This document shows, in pieces, positions 37,501 to 47,173 of a DNA stretch of 64,000 bases. The notes under the pieces were generated by a model. It was given only the letters and a program-made list of their open reading frames with translations. It had not been told where the DNA came from and did not search any database. This stretch comes from Candidatus Poribacteria bacterium (GTDB taxonomy: Bacteria > Poribacteria > WGA-4E > WGA-3G). A program made the position numbers and the translations under genes. The first letter of the stretch is position 1; every line of letters begins with the position of its first letter. The stretch lies in assembly GCA_965205015.1 (NCBI GenBank), contig OZ242029.1, forward strand, positions 1,632,001 through 1,696,000, written 5' to 3'.

Positions 37501-38267
37501 ACAAATTAGCATATCTTTTGGTGGCTGCAACGTTTTTGATGAGCTGTGTACTGGCGCATGCAGTCGATCCAGATAAGGATTTACTTATCTATTTACCTTT
37601 TGATGAGGGTAAAGGGAACACGGCGGAAGATGTTGGGCCTAATGGATTCGTTGGTGATATAAAGAACGCAAAATGGGTAGAGGGTGTCTCAGGTCAAGCA
37701 CTCCAATTTAAGGGTGGGAGTGTCAACTTTGATCCACTCAAAATTGATCAACCCAAGGAAATGACGATCGAATTCTGGTTCAAACCGGACGAGAAAATTG
37801 ACAGTGGCGCCCGAATTGATCTGCTCTATCGTTTGCAAGGTGGTGGACGACCTCATGTTACGTTCAATCGTGGTGGCATATTATTCGGATACTACTTTGC
37901 GACGCAAGGTGTGGAATTACCGATACACACGAATCATGATGCGTTTGAGCCGGAATGGTATTACTTCGTCGGGACGCAGACCAAACAGACTGGGTGGATG
38001 TATATTAACGGGGAGCTTGATAACGAAACGGATGCCGGTGGGGATGCCCGCATGGATTTCGGTACCCAAGGGATGTGCATCGCGGCGAGTCAGGGCAACG
38101 CCAACTTCTTCAATGGCATGATTGACGAATTTAAGATGTGGAGTGTCGCTTTCACTGCTGACGATGTCAAAGCCAGTATGGAAGCAACGCTTGCTGTGCA
38201 AGCGGAGGGTAAGTTGACAACGACATGGGGTAAGCTTAAATCGGGTTCTGATGGAATCAGGTTTTAA
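37497..38267 (+). CDS. LamG-like jellyroll protein with C-terminal KLTTTWG motif
   Basis: YLPFDEG, GQALQF, TIEFWFK, MYING, FNGMIDE, AVQAEGKLTTTWGKLK. Confidence 0.85.
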   Translation: MNKLAYLLVAATFLMSCVLAHAVDPDKDLLIYLPFDEGKGNTAEDVGPNGFVGDIKNAKWVEGVSGQALQFKGGSVNFDPLKIDQPKEMTIEFWFKPDEKIDSGARIDLLYRLQGGGRPHVTFNRGGILFGYYFATQGVELPIHTNHDAFEPEWYYFVGTQTKQTGWMYINGELDNETDAGGDARMDFGTQGMCIAASQGNANFFNGMIDEFKMWSVAFTADDVKASMEATLAVQAEGKLTTTWGKLKSGSDGIRF

Positions 38268-38285
38268 GCGTCTTACCTAACATGT

Positions 38286-41093
38286 CTACCGAATGAATGA
38301 GATATGGAGCGGACGGGTTGCTGAGCGGCCCTCCGCATCCACACAAGTTAACACATGCTTCCCTCTGGTAGGCGTAAGCCAGTATTGCTCTCCCGCGCTC
38401 CCTTGGAAAATTAACTCACCATCCAAAAACCAGAACAGATCCTGTGTCCGACTCGAAGCCGAGGCGGTCAATCGGATCTTTTGGTTTTCCAGCGGCACCC
38501 CTCCCCGAATGTAATAGATAGTGTTTTCTGCTGGAGATAAAATAATCGGAGCGTTCCCTGCAATTGTTCCGGTACACAAAGGGTTATGCTCGGGTAGAAT
38601 AGACACAGCAAAACCATTCTCTGCCAACCACGTCGCCGCATCGGCGGGCCACTCCTCAAATATGCGTGCTTCCGCTACAGATATGTCATCCCTACGGGGT
38701 TTCCTTTTAAGCACGCCAGCGGGGTGCGATGTCTGTAGCCCCAAATTCCCATAGTTAGGAATCCGACAGTGGGAGCAGAGACTGTATCCTGTTGTTTTGT
38801 CAACGTAGATGCGTTTATGAATTGAGCAGACCGCTACAGACGAGATACCCGGGATATACACATCCTCTTTATGCGTAGGACAGTGCGGTGAAACTGGTGC
38901 GCCACTCAAGGCACATACGTGTCGTGTTTTGATTTGTTCCGGCTTGGTAAACCAGCGGTGTGTGTCTTGTCCTGTTAAGGCAGTGAAGAGCGCGAATAGA
39001 ATCGGGGTTGCTGCATCTGTACCGCTCAGCATTGGCGTCCCTTTTCCATCGAAGTTCCCAAGCCATACACCGATTGTTAATGTCGGCGAGTATCCAATAC
39101 ACCACGCATCCCGATGTCCATAAGAGGTCCCGGTCTTCCACGCAATCTTCGGTAGGGTCATTGTCCTTTCAAAGGCTTCTGGATTTTTAACCGTGTTGGT
39201 AGGCAGTTGTGATTTTGTTAACATCTCGGTTATGATGAAGCTTGTCTCTTTTCGGAGTAAACGTTGCGTGAAATGGCTTTCGGAGCGTTCGCTGTGCTCA
39301 CTTTCGGCTGTCGGAAACCGTCGGTTAAGAGAGATTGAACGTTCAGATCCGTCTTGGGACTGACTGCTGATGGCTGATGGCTGATTGCCACTCTTCTGTT
39401 GGCTATTTCTTGGGAGGGTCAGTTGATAGGGTCCAAATTCTCCCATATTTGCCAACCCAGCATAAAGTGTTGTCAATTCAAGCAGATTTACTTCGCATCC
39501 ACCGAGAACCATAGAAAGTCCGTACTTTTGGGCAGGGGCGAGTGTAGAGATGCCAGCCTGTTTGAGGAAGGCGTGTAGTGTCGAACCCCCAACTCGTGCT
39601 GTGCGGTTTTCCAAGCGTGCCGTGAGATTAACGGCGGGAACATTGAGAGAACGTGCCAATGCCTGACGGGCAGTGACATAACCGTTATATTTTCCATCGT
39701 AGTTCACCGGCGTATAGTCAGCATGGGTAACAGGGACATCGAATAACAGTGTCTCCGGTGTAATCAAGCCCTCTTCCATTGCCAGTGCGTAAACGAAAGG
39801 TTTAAGGGCGGAACCGGGAGAACGCGGGGCGAGCGTCCCATTTATTTGTCCTAATGCCTTCCGGTCGAAAAAGTCGTGGGAACCTACCATTGCTAAGACG
39901 TGGCGGTTTTGGGTATCCATGACGATGACTGCACCTGTGCTGGTGCTATGAGACCCGCGCAAACTGGGTTGACGCTCTGCGTCCACCAGATATTCGTTAA
40001 GGATGCGTGCCGCAGTTTCCTGAACTTTCGTGTCTATTGTTGTGTATATCCTGCCATCTTTTGTTGATTTCGCAGACCAGCGGTTTTTCTTAACCAACAT
40101 CCGTGAGAGGTGGGGTGCTTTGAATGGAAGTGGGTGGCGTTTGTGCGGGATCGGTTCTTGAACTGCCTCTTGCCACTGCTGTTCAGAAATTTGTCGACGC
40201 GCCAGGAGCCGATTCAGGACTTTTTCACGTGCCTTTCGGGCGTTTTCTGGGAACCTGTCAGGTCGTAAACGTTCTGGGGCGTTCGGAATGGCGGCAAGAA
40301 GTGCGGCTTCCCCAAGGCTAAGGGCATGCTGGGGTTTGTTGAAGTAGAATCGCGAGGCTGCTGCTGTTCCGACTATATTTCCACCATACGGGAGCATGTT
40401 AAAATAAAACGCTAAGATCTCTGATTTGGAATAAGCATGTTCAAGTTGAACTGCGCGGAACATCTCGATGAGTTTGTTCGGAATGTTACGGGCTTTGGGT
40501 TCCATCAATCGAGCGAGTTGCATGGTGATGGTTGACCCCCCACGCACAACTTCACCCGCTCTCAAATTGTCATAGATGGCTGTTGCAATCGACACAGGAT
40601 TGATGCCATAGTGATAGTAAAACCACTTATCTTCTGAAGTTAGTATTGCTTGGTGTAGGAAATGGCTATCGGCCGTCGGTTGTCGGTTGTCAGTAATGCG
40701 TGTGGCAGGAAACATCGCTGTATCCTCCACAGCGTCTTCTGGTAGACTGGGGCGCAAGCCGCGTGTGGGAAACCTGCGGGACAATGCTGACTGCTGATGG
40801 CTGATGGCTATTCGCCACATGCCATCGTCAGCTAAAAATGCTCGAAGCCACTCACCGTTTCTGTCCAACACAATCTGAGATACAGGTGGATGGAGACGTG
40901 CTTTGGGTAACGGAAAACACCAGTTTGCGAGCATAAAGAGAGTCGCAATCAACAGGGGAGGGAATATGAAAATTATCAGTCTTCGGAAGAGAGGTTGCCG
41001 GTTGTCGGTTGTCGGTTGTCGGTTATAAGAGGGCCTTGTTAAACGAAAACCTCTTAACTGAAAACTGAAAACTGAAAACTGAAAACTCTTCAT
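38286..41093 (-). CDS. pbpC: Penicillin-binding protein 1C with several in-frame repeat insertions
   Basis: SEDKWF, GGSTITMQ, SPGSALK (SxxK), SLN, KTGT, C-terminal WFLDG; coupled to the alpha-2-macroglobulin gene. Confidence 0.93.
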   Translation of the reverse strand: MKSFQFSVFSFQLRGFRLTRPSYNRQPTTDNRQPLFRRLIIFIFPPLLIATLFMLANWCFPLPKARLHPPVSQIVLDRNGEWLRAFLADDGMWRIAISHQQSALSRRFPTRGLRPSLPEDAVEDTAMFPATRITDNRQPTADSHFLHQAILTSEDKWFYYHYGINPVSIATAIYDNLRAGEVVRGGSTITMQLARLMEPKARNIPNKLIEMFRAVQLEHAYSKSEILAFYFNMLPYGGNIVGTAAASRFYFNKPQHALSLGEAALLAAIPNAPERLRPDRFPENARKAREKVLNRLLARRQISEQQWQEAVQEPIPHKRHPLPFKAPHLSRMLVKKNRWSAKSTKDGRIYTTIDTKVQETAARILNEYLVDAERQPSLRGSHSTSTGAVIVMDTQNRHVLAMVGSHDFFDRKALGQINGTLAPRSPGSALKPFVYALAMEEGLITPETLLFDVPVTHADYTPVNYDGKYNGYVTARQALARSLNVPAVNLTARLENRTARVGGSTLHAFLKQAGISTLAPAQKYGLSMVLGGCEVNLLELTTLYAGLANMGEFGPYQLTLPRNSQQKSGNQPSAISSQSQDGSERSISLNRRFPTAESEHSERSESHFTQRLLRKETSFIITEMLTKSQLPTNTVKNPEAFERTMTLPKIAWKTGTSYGHRDAWCIGYSPTLTIGVWLGNFDGKGTPMLSGTDAATPILFALFTALTGQDTHRWFTKPEQIKTRHVCALSGAPVSPHCPTHKEDVYIPGISSVAVCSIHKRIYVDKTTGYSLCSHCRIPNYGNLGLQTSHPAGVLKRKPRRDDISVAEARIFEEWPADAATWLAENGFAVSILPEHNPLCTGTIAGNAPIILSPAENTIYYIRGGVPLENQKIRLTASASSRTQDLFWFLDGELIFQGSAGEQYWLTPTRGKHVLTCVDAEGRSATRPLHISFIR
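39271..39410. repeat. In-frame heptamer-flanked repeat insertion in pbpC
   Basis: gctgatg/gctgact arrays and a tcggctg/tcggaaa array; encodes NSQQKSGNQPSAISSQ...SESHF. Confidence 0.7.
40663..40812. repeat. In-frame heptamer-flanked repeat insertion in pbpC
   Basis: gtcggtt arrays at left and gctgatg arrays at right; encodes IAISHQQSALSRRFPTRG...TDNRQPTADSH. Confidence 0.75.
40990..41090. repeat. Heptamer-array palindromic element forming the pbpC N-terminus
   Basis: (ggttgtc)x4-like array 40993-41020 and (aactgaa)x4 41056-41083 flanking an aagagg/cctctt stem. Confidence 0.85.
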
Positions 41094-44000
41094 TATTCTG
41101 CAACCACTGCGATACGCATGCTACCCGTTACAGCAGATTTTGTTGTATCGTACATCGCCTCGGCGGCAATAGGGGGTAAGGTGAATTCACCTTGTGTGAC
41201 GGCGCGTAGCGCGTAATAGAATTTACGTTCGCGTTGACGTGGGAACGTACCGAAAAAGATGAGCCTGTCATCGCGAATATCAATATAATCCGGTTTGAAA
41301 TCCTGGGCTTTCAACCATGAAATACCCTCTCGGGATTCTAATCGCGGGTTCTCAATTTCAAATCCTGTAGGCAACATATCAACGACAACAACGTTTTCGA
41401 GATTGGCGGTGAGGGCTTTGACGTTTACCTCAGCGATGATCAGTTCCCCATGTGTGAAGGTGCCAGTACGTTCTTCACCGTCCTTGTTAAAATAGCGTCT
41501 ACGCACCTGAAGTTCGCGTTCATATTCTTCGATGAAGGAATCACGTTGGATGCCAAACGCGCTCCAATAATAGTAGCAACTGCCTTCACCTTTAACAGAG
41601 AGCTGGACACGCATCCCGTCCCATGCTGGATCGGTGTGACAGATCTCCGTTGCGTCGAAGTTGGCGAAATGTTCACCGTTGAGCGTCAGGGTACCGGTGT
41701 AATTTCTGTCCATCTGTTTCTTCAGGATCTTGCCGAGTGCCAAAAATGCAAAGGCGTTTTCTTGTGTTGTTGCCCATCGGTTCCCGTCAGATGCTGCCTC
41801 ACTTAGATTTTGGACGAGCATCGGGATTGACGGGTGGTTTTCGTTAACTTCCGCAAGAACGTCTAACATGATGGCTTGGGCTCGAATGGGGGAATCAAGC
41901 GTCCCGCCTGTCTGGCGTTGTCCGTTGCCCTTATTAAAATTGGGTGATACTGACACCGGTAGCATTGACAGGGCAGTTTCCAGTTCGCCACTGAGGGCGA
42001 AGGCTCCTGCGAGTTGAAAGTGGCTATAATCGCTGAGTCCACTCAAGCCTCTGTTTTTCAGATAGTGCATCGTGCCTCGGTCGGGATGTCCAGCAGCAGC
42101 TAAGACATAAGCAGCATAGGTTGCTAATGAAATCTTTTTTCGTATCTCTTGTGCTTCCCCAAGCGAGCTTCTAAAGTCGTCTTCCGTGTTTGGCGAGAAT
42201 TTCGCCTCTGTTTTTAAACCTTCCAGCAGTGCGTCGTAAACCCGGTCTGATACCTCATAGCCCGCCTTTCGTGCCTCGACGAGGAAGTGAGACGCATAGA
42301 TACTGCTCCATGGGTTCACGTAAGTGCCACCGGGCCAATAAGCGAAACGGTCATCTGACTTCAACATACTTTCGATTTTCGTGATACCCGATGTAATATA
42401 GTGGTCCACTGAGTCTTCTGCTGCCAGCATCGGTTCGACACTTCGCGCCAAGTCGCTGAAGTAAAGCAGCGGAAAAACCTTGCTCGTTGTTTGTTCCAGA
42501 CAGCCGTGCGGGTAACGTATAAGGTAGCGGAGACTGTCCGCAAACCTGATATTTGGGAACGGCGATAACGTGAGACTAAACTCTGACGAATCGGGTATTA
42601 AATTCGACGGGAGAATAAAGTCAACAGATTCACCTGCGCGTACCACTCCTTGCCCAGTTTGTGTGACAGGTGGAGCGACGGAACGCAGTGGGATTTTTAC
42701 ATCTAATTGTGTTATTTGTGCGTTACCGTGTGCAGAAAGATTGAAGTTGGCTTCCCCGATTGCATCCTGAACGAGAATATCGAAAAAAACTTGTGCCTCT
42801 GTACCTGCGTCGACCCGCTGGTCTATACTGAGTTTGTCTACTGTATATTGGCTATCGGAAACCAGCGGAAACTGTTGGCTTTCAGCAGAGGGGGGCTTTT
42901 GCTGATCGCGACGCAAGTCTCCGCGTGTGGGAGACCTACGGGACAATGCTGATGACGGATCGCTGACACCTATTGCTGAAAGGAGTTGCACGTCGCCTGA
43001 TGCTTGCAATTCGACCGTAAATTCCCCTGCCGCACCCGTGCCGTTAAAGAGGGTGACCGGTACACGCACCTTATCACCACCTGCGAGGAATCGGGGGAAT
43101 GTTGGTGTTAAGACAATGGGTTCGCGGACGGTCAGATACGCTTCCGTACTGCCGTAATCACCACCCGCGAATGCGACTGCCATCAACCGCAGTGTTCCAT
43201 TGAACTGTGGAATCTTGAATTGAGCAGTCCCGCGACCGTTTCCATCGGTTTTCACGAATCCCGACCAGAGTGAAATTGGCTTTACTCGCTGGATGCTGCC
43301 TGTGCTCAATCGCTTCCGTAGTGCTGCCTGCCGTGTCGTGGCTGCATCTCCCCCTGTACTTGAATTGTCGGTGACATTTGCGATTTCGGGGAGGATCCCA
43401 CTATACAGGTCGAAGGAGCGCGTCTTAAGCCCGCGCTGTCGATAGAAGTAGTCGTGTGGGTTGGGTGTTTTGAAGTCGGTTAGCGCGAGGATCCCTTCAT
43501 CAACAGCTGCGATACAAACATCATATTTTTGCCAAGAACGTCTCCCGTGGACTTGAAACGCTATCGTCACTTCGCTGTTCGGTAGGACTGTCACTCCTTT
43601 AGAGTCGTCAGTTTTCAGTTTTAACCATTCACTCGTGCGTTGCTGTCTTGTATCGGAGTCGAGTGGATGGTTAAGGTTATCAGTTAAGGAGGAATTTTGT
43701 CTAACCAAACCATCTGTTAACTGCTGACCGTTAGCTGACAACTGAATCGAAAGTCGCCGTCGTGTTTCATCTATCTTGAGTGGAATTACGCCAAACGCGC
43801 GCGCGGGGAGAGGCGACTTCTTATCCGTCACGGTTCCTTCCATCGGGATGGCGCGTATTAACGTCGCGGAGAGATACACATTCGGTCTATAGGCGTACCG
43901 GACTGGAATTGATAAAGTTGTGGTGTTATTTTTCATCACGATTGTCCGGTAACTCAACACCTTTTCGCGTTCGACCGTCAGCAGGAGTGTGCCCGGGAAC

Positions 44001-46888
44001 GGTGCTTTAACATATAGTTTTGCTGTTTGTCCCGGATGGTAAGCAGGCTTGTTAAGCGTCAGTTCCAGTCGAGTCGGATGTTCCATAGAAACTGGGATGT
44101 TTCCCCATCCGCTAACGTAAAATCCGAGTTCTGCAGTCGCTGTTGAGGTGATGTCCTCAAGACGGACGCGGTATTCACCATAATCTGAGGGCGTTAAGGT
44201 CACCGTCTGCACTGTTTCTGCTGAAGTTAATGTAACCGTTTCCACTTCTGTTGTTTGAGGTTCAGAGACGTACGCGTAACGCCCGGCACCGTTCTGACGG
44301 AGTATCGTATTCCAATGGACTTTATGGAGGCTTAGTTTTAGGTCTCTCCCGGGTGCAACTGCCATTGCATCGTTAACAGCAATGTAGTCGAATCGAAGGG
44401 GTTGGTTAATTTTTACGTCCCCGGTCTTTGTCTGTCGAAGTCCAACGTAATGCGAGTACGGGTGTATCACAACTCGATGAGAAGCGGTGACGGATCTGCC
44501 ACCGGCTTCACTAACAGTCGCTGTCAGGGTGCCGTTTAGCAGAGAGGGGGCTTTCAGCGTTTCGGGAATCGTGAATTGATAGGACGCTTTGCCCGCTGCG
44601 TCAGTTTTCGCTTCTCCCAATCCGATTCTTTGTTTTTCAAAATTGGAGCGGGCATTCCCGAAGACAAACGAGTTCCACTGTGTTGCACTTGCGCTGAGTG
44701 CTGAATTGACAAACGAAACTGCTTCCAATTCACAAGAGACTTCCACCTTGCGACCGACTGCTGGGGGTCCGAATAGGTTAATAGCGGAGACTTCAATGCC
44801 GAGTTCCTCTCCAAGCTTATAGGTAGATTTATCCGCTGTTACAGCGACTTTTATCCGATCGGGCATAAATTCTTCAACCTGAAATTGGACTCTTCCAACG
44901 ACGCGATCCGCGATCCGCATCTTAGCAATATAGTTACCAGTCAGGGCGTAGCCAGGGATCGGAATTTGCATATCGCAGGCACCGTTTTTGTTTGTTTGCA
45001 GCCTTAACTCTCGCATGATTCTACCGTTTGGGGAGAGCACTTCAATCCGGGCGGGAAGCGGTTGCGGTGTTACCTGCTTTGGTCCTCGAACAATTCCAGC
45101 AAGTTGGACGGTTTCACCCGGGCGGTAGACCCCTCTGCTGGTGTAGAGAAAGGCTTCATAACCTTTTTGCAGGTAGGCAGAGCCAGCGATGTTGAAGTCT
45201 GCTGTCGCGATTTCGTGCCGGTTGAGTTGAATGAAGGCGAGATCGTCCCGTTTCGCGACGGTGATCATAAACGGTGTGAAGTCTTCTGTCTTCTCCGCAA
45301 CATCTGTGAACTCGACATGCCCTGCCCAGTTGGTTCTTCCTTCGAGGAGTGTCTGGTTATTATCACTGATAAGTTTGACGTGCGCTGCTGGTACGGGCGA
45401 GCCAGTGGCGAGCGATTTCACCCAAACGTATAGTCTGTTTTCTGTGCGTTTGGCACTGATCCCCAAATCTGTAATGAGCACCCATTGATGTGCACTATCC
45501 CACTCCCTCTCTGCGTTTCGCGCCACAACCTTGAAGATACCGACGTGTTCATCTGAGAGGTATTCTTCCAAGGAGATAGGGGTTGTTCCCTCTTCGTTCA
45601 ATTGGGAGGGGATATCAAGTTCTTCTGTATGAATGGATTTACCTAAGTTTCTGCTCCAGCGACTCCATTGTTCTAATTTCGATACATAGATAAGATTGTT
45701 CGCAAAAACTTTTTCAATACTGAGTTTCACGCGTTTAACGTTAATTGTTGCCAGACCTAAGTTCAGGTGCCCTTTTCTCGCGAGGAAGAAGCCGTCGCCG
45801 AGAAACCGAAGTTGGGGGCGGATATCCGGGATTTTCAGGCGCGTCATGTAATCTTGTTTTAAGACGGCATCGTTTCGGGCTGTGAGACCCCGCCGAATCT
45901 TCAGCGTGTAGGTAGTACGCCGTTTGAAGTTGCCGTGAATCTGCACGTTTCGATAGTCGGATGTCACCTGATAGGCGACTGCGGGTGTCAGTTCTATGTA
46001 CGGCTCAATGGTATTACTGAGTACCGGTGCACTGAAACTCACTGAGATATAGGGCGTTCCATCGCTTTCCCAAACGTCAGCGTATGTTACACCGAGTGTT
46101 CCGCGCCCTCGGAGTATTACGGGTGTAACGCTCGCTTTTACTAAACCTATTTTCCCACCCGTACATTTGAACCCTTTTTCAATCTTAATCTTTATTTCTC
46201 GGTCTGCAGTGCCGCGTTTTATGCGTTTTGTCTCGAATGTTACCGTCCGTGCTGTTGCTGTATTGGTTTGAATCTGGTATGGAATTTCTGTCTCGTCGTC
46301 CAGTTCAATAGAGAGGTGTGCCTTTAAATCGACAATGGTTACCGGATAATTAAATGCTATCGTGCCGAAACCTGTTGCGTGTTCACGGGCGTCATTGGCG
46401 GTAAATTCCATGCGTGCTTGCTGCACTGCGAAAGGATCGGTAGCAAATTTAAACTCTTTTTGTCCGGTGAGTAGGAATGTCTCAGAAGGGTTGAGTTCTG
46501 GGGTGAGTTGAACAGTATATTGTGCGGAGGGGGCTAAAGGTGCATCTAAAAAGAAACCGACTCTATCGCGCGCGATCCAACGTGCACTGCCTTGAACGGC
46601 GGGCGTAAACCGAAGGGCTTCTGCTGGAACTTCGGTCCCGACGCGCGACTTATCAATAATTGCCTCCGAGAACGTAATCGAAAAATCGACCCATTGTGGA
46701 ACCTCACCTTGTGGCGTGAAGGTTTTGACACTGTATCGTGTCTTGGCACGCACGCTCCCTTGGACAATGTAGAAGATACAGGCAGCAAGGAGTAAGGACA
46801 TCAGTCCGATCACGCCGATTAAGCTTTTTAAGAGCAAATTTCGATTTCCAGATTTCGCCGAAAAATTTTTGGAGAGTTTGGCCACCAT
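41093..46888 (-). CDS. Bacterial alpha-2-macroglobulin
   Basis: RGVYRPGE, VEEFMPDR, AVDEGIL, PQFNG, thioester motif YPHGCLEQ, DIRDDR, AEAMY. Confidence 0.95.
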   Translation of the reverse strand: MVAKLSKNFSAKSGNRNLLLKSLIGVIGLMSLLLAACIFYIVQGSVRAKTRYSVKTFTPQGEVPQWVDFSITFSEAIIDKSRVGTEVPAEALRFTPAVQGSARWIARDRVGFFLDAPLAPSAQYTVQLTPELNPSETFLLTGQKEFKFATDPFAVQQARMEFTANDAREHATGFGTIAFNYPVTIVDLKAHLSIELDDETEIPYQIQTNTATARTVTFETKRIKRGTADREIKIKIEKGFKCTGGKIGLVKASVTPVILRGRGTLGVTYADVWESDGTPYISVSFSAPVLSNTIEPYIELTPAVAYQVTSDYRNVQIHGNFKRRTTYTLKIRRGLTARNDAVLKQDYMTRLKIPDIRPQLRFLGDGFFLARKGHLNLGLATINVKRVKLSIEKVFANNLIYVSKLEQWSRWSRNLGKSIHTEELDIPSQLNEEGTTPISLEEYLSDEHVGIFKVVARNAEREWDSAHQWVLITDLGISAKRTENRLYVWVKSLATGSPVPAAHVKLISDNNQTLLEGRTNWAGHVEFTDVAEKTEDFTPFMITVAKRDDLAFIQLNRHEIATADFNIAGSAYLQKGYEAFLYTSRGVYRPGETVQLAGIVRGPKQVTPQPLPARIEVLSPNGRIMRELRLQTNKNGACDMQIPIPGYALTGNYIAKMRIADRVVGRVQFQVEEFMPDRIKVAVTADKSTYKLGEELGIEVSAINLFGPPAVGRKVEVSCELEAVSFVNSALSASATQWNSFVFGNARSNFEKQRIGLGEAKTDAAGKASYQFTIPETLKAPSLLNGTLTATVSEAGGRSVTASHRVVIHPYSHYVGLRQTKTGDVKINQPLRFDYIAVNDAMAVAPGRDLKLSLHKVHWNTILRQNGAGRYAYVSEPQTTEVETVTLTSAETVQTVTLTPSDYGEYRVRLEDITSTATAELGFYVSGWGNIPVSMEHPTRLELTLNKPAYHPGQTAKLYVKAPFPGTLLLTVEREKVLSYRTIVMKNNTTTLSIPVRYAYRPNVYLSATLIRAIPMEGTVTDKKSPLPARAFGVIPLKIDETRRRLSIQLSANGQQLTDGLVRQNSSLTDNLNHPLDSDTRQQRTSEWLKLKTDDSKGVTVLPNSEVTIAFQVHGRRSWQKYDVCIAAVDEGILALTDFKTPNPHDYFYRQRGLKTRSFDLYSGILPEIANVTDNSSTGGDAATTRQAALRKRLSTGSIQRVKPISLWSGFVKTDGNGRGTAQFKIPQFNGTLRLMAVAFAGGDYGSTEAYLTVREPIVLTPTFPRFLAGGDKVRVPVTLFNGTGAAGEFTVELQASGDVQLLSAIGVSDPSSALSRRSPTRGDLRRDQQKPPSAESQQFPLVSDSQYTVDKLSIDQRVDAGTEAQVFFDILVQDAIGEANFNLSAHGNAQITQLDVKIPLRSVAPPVTQTGQGVVRAGESVDFILPSNLIPDSSEFSLTLSPFPNIRFADSLRYLIRYPHGCLEQTTSKVFPLLYFSDLARSVEPMLAAEDSVDHYITSGITKIESMLKSDDRFAYWPGGTYVNPWSSIYASHFLVEARKAGYEVSDRVYDALLEGLKTEAKFSPNTEDDFRSSLGEAQEIRKKISLATYAAYVLAAAGHPDRGTMHYLKNRGLSGLSDYSHFQLAGAFALSGELETALSMLPVSVSPNFNKGNGQRQTGGTLDSPIRAQAIMLDVLAEVNENHPSIPMLVQNLSEAASDGNRWATTQENAFAFLALGKILKKQMDRNYTGTLTLNGEHFANFDATEICHTDPAWDGMRVQLSVKGEGSCYYYWSAFGIQRDSFIEEYERELQVRRRYFNKDGEERTGTFTHGELIIAEVNVKALTANLENVVVVDMLPTGFEIENPRLESREGISWLKAQDFKPDYIDIRDDRLIFFGTFPRQRERKFYYALRAVTQGEFTLPPIAAEAMYDTTKSAVTGSMRIAVVAE
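42845..42980. repeat. In-frame repeat insertion in the alpha-2-macroglobulin gene, homologous to the pbpC insertion
   Basis: 42922-42953 ccgcgtgtgggagacctacgggacaatgctga matches 40759-40790 at 30/32 positions. Confidence 0.8.
43600..43746. repeat. In-frame heptamer-flanked insertion in the alpha-2-macroglobulin gene
   Basis: tcagttt arrays, ttaagg/ttaa core and gctgac arrays; encodes SANGQQLTD...LKLKTDDS. Confidence 0.65.
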
Positions 46889-47173
46889 CAGAAGTGCCTC
46901 CTCTGCAAGGCAAAGATACTTAAATTCCAAGCAATTTCTATAAGCAATTTTTATGCCAATTGAACTTTGGTTCTTATGTTAACGTAGATTGCCACTTTGT
47001 AGCATAAACTGTAAGTTTGTGAAAATGTCTTTAAGTGACGTTATGTGTAAATATAAACACATAGGGACGGATGTGGCGATCCGCCCCTACACGTGAAGGG
47101 TTTTTAAGTGTAGTATTTGCGCCAAAACTCGTTCTGAGTAGAATTGAGTACTTTGATGCCAGCGTAAAAGCCT

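Noticed and set aside
40990-41090. Heptamer arrays as a CRISPR array or phase-variation tract
   Set aside because: There are no spacers. The arrays come as inverted pairs around a core and recur elsewhere, which fits a dispersed element, although slippage at this site is not excluded.
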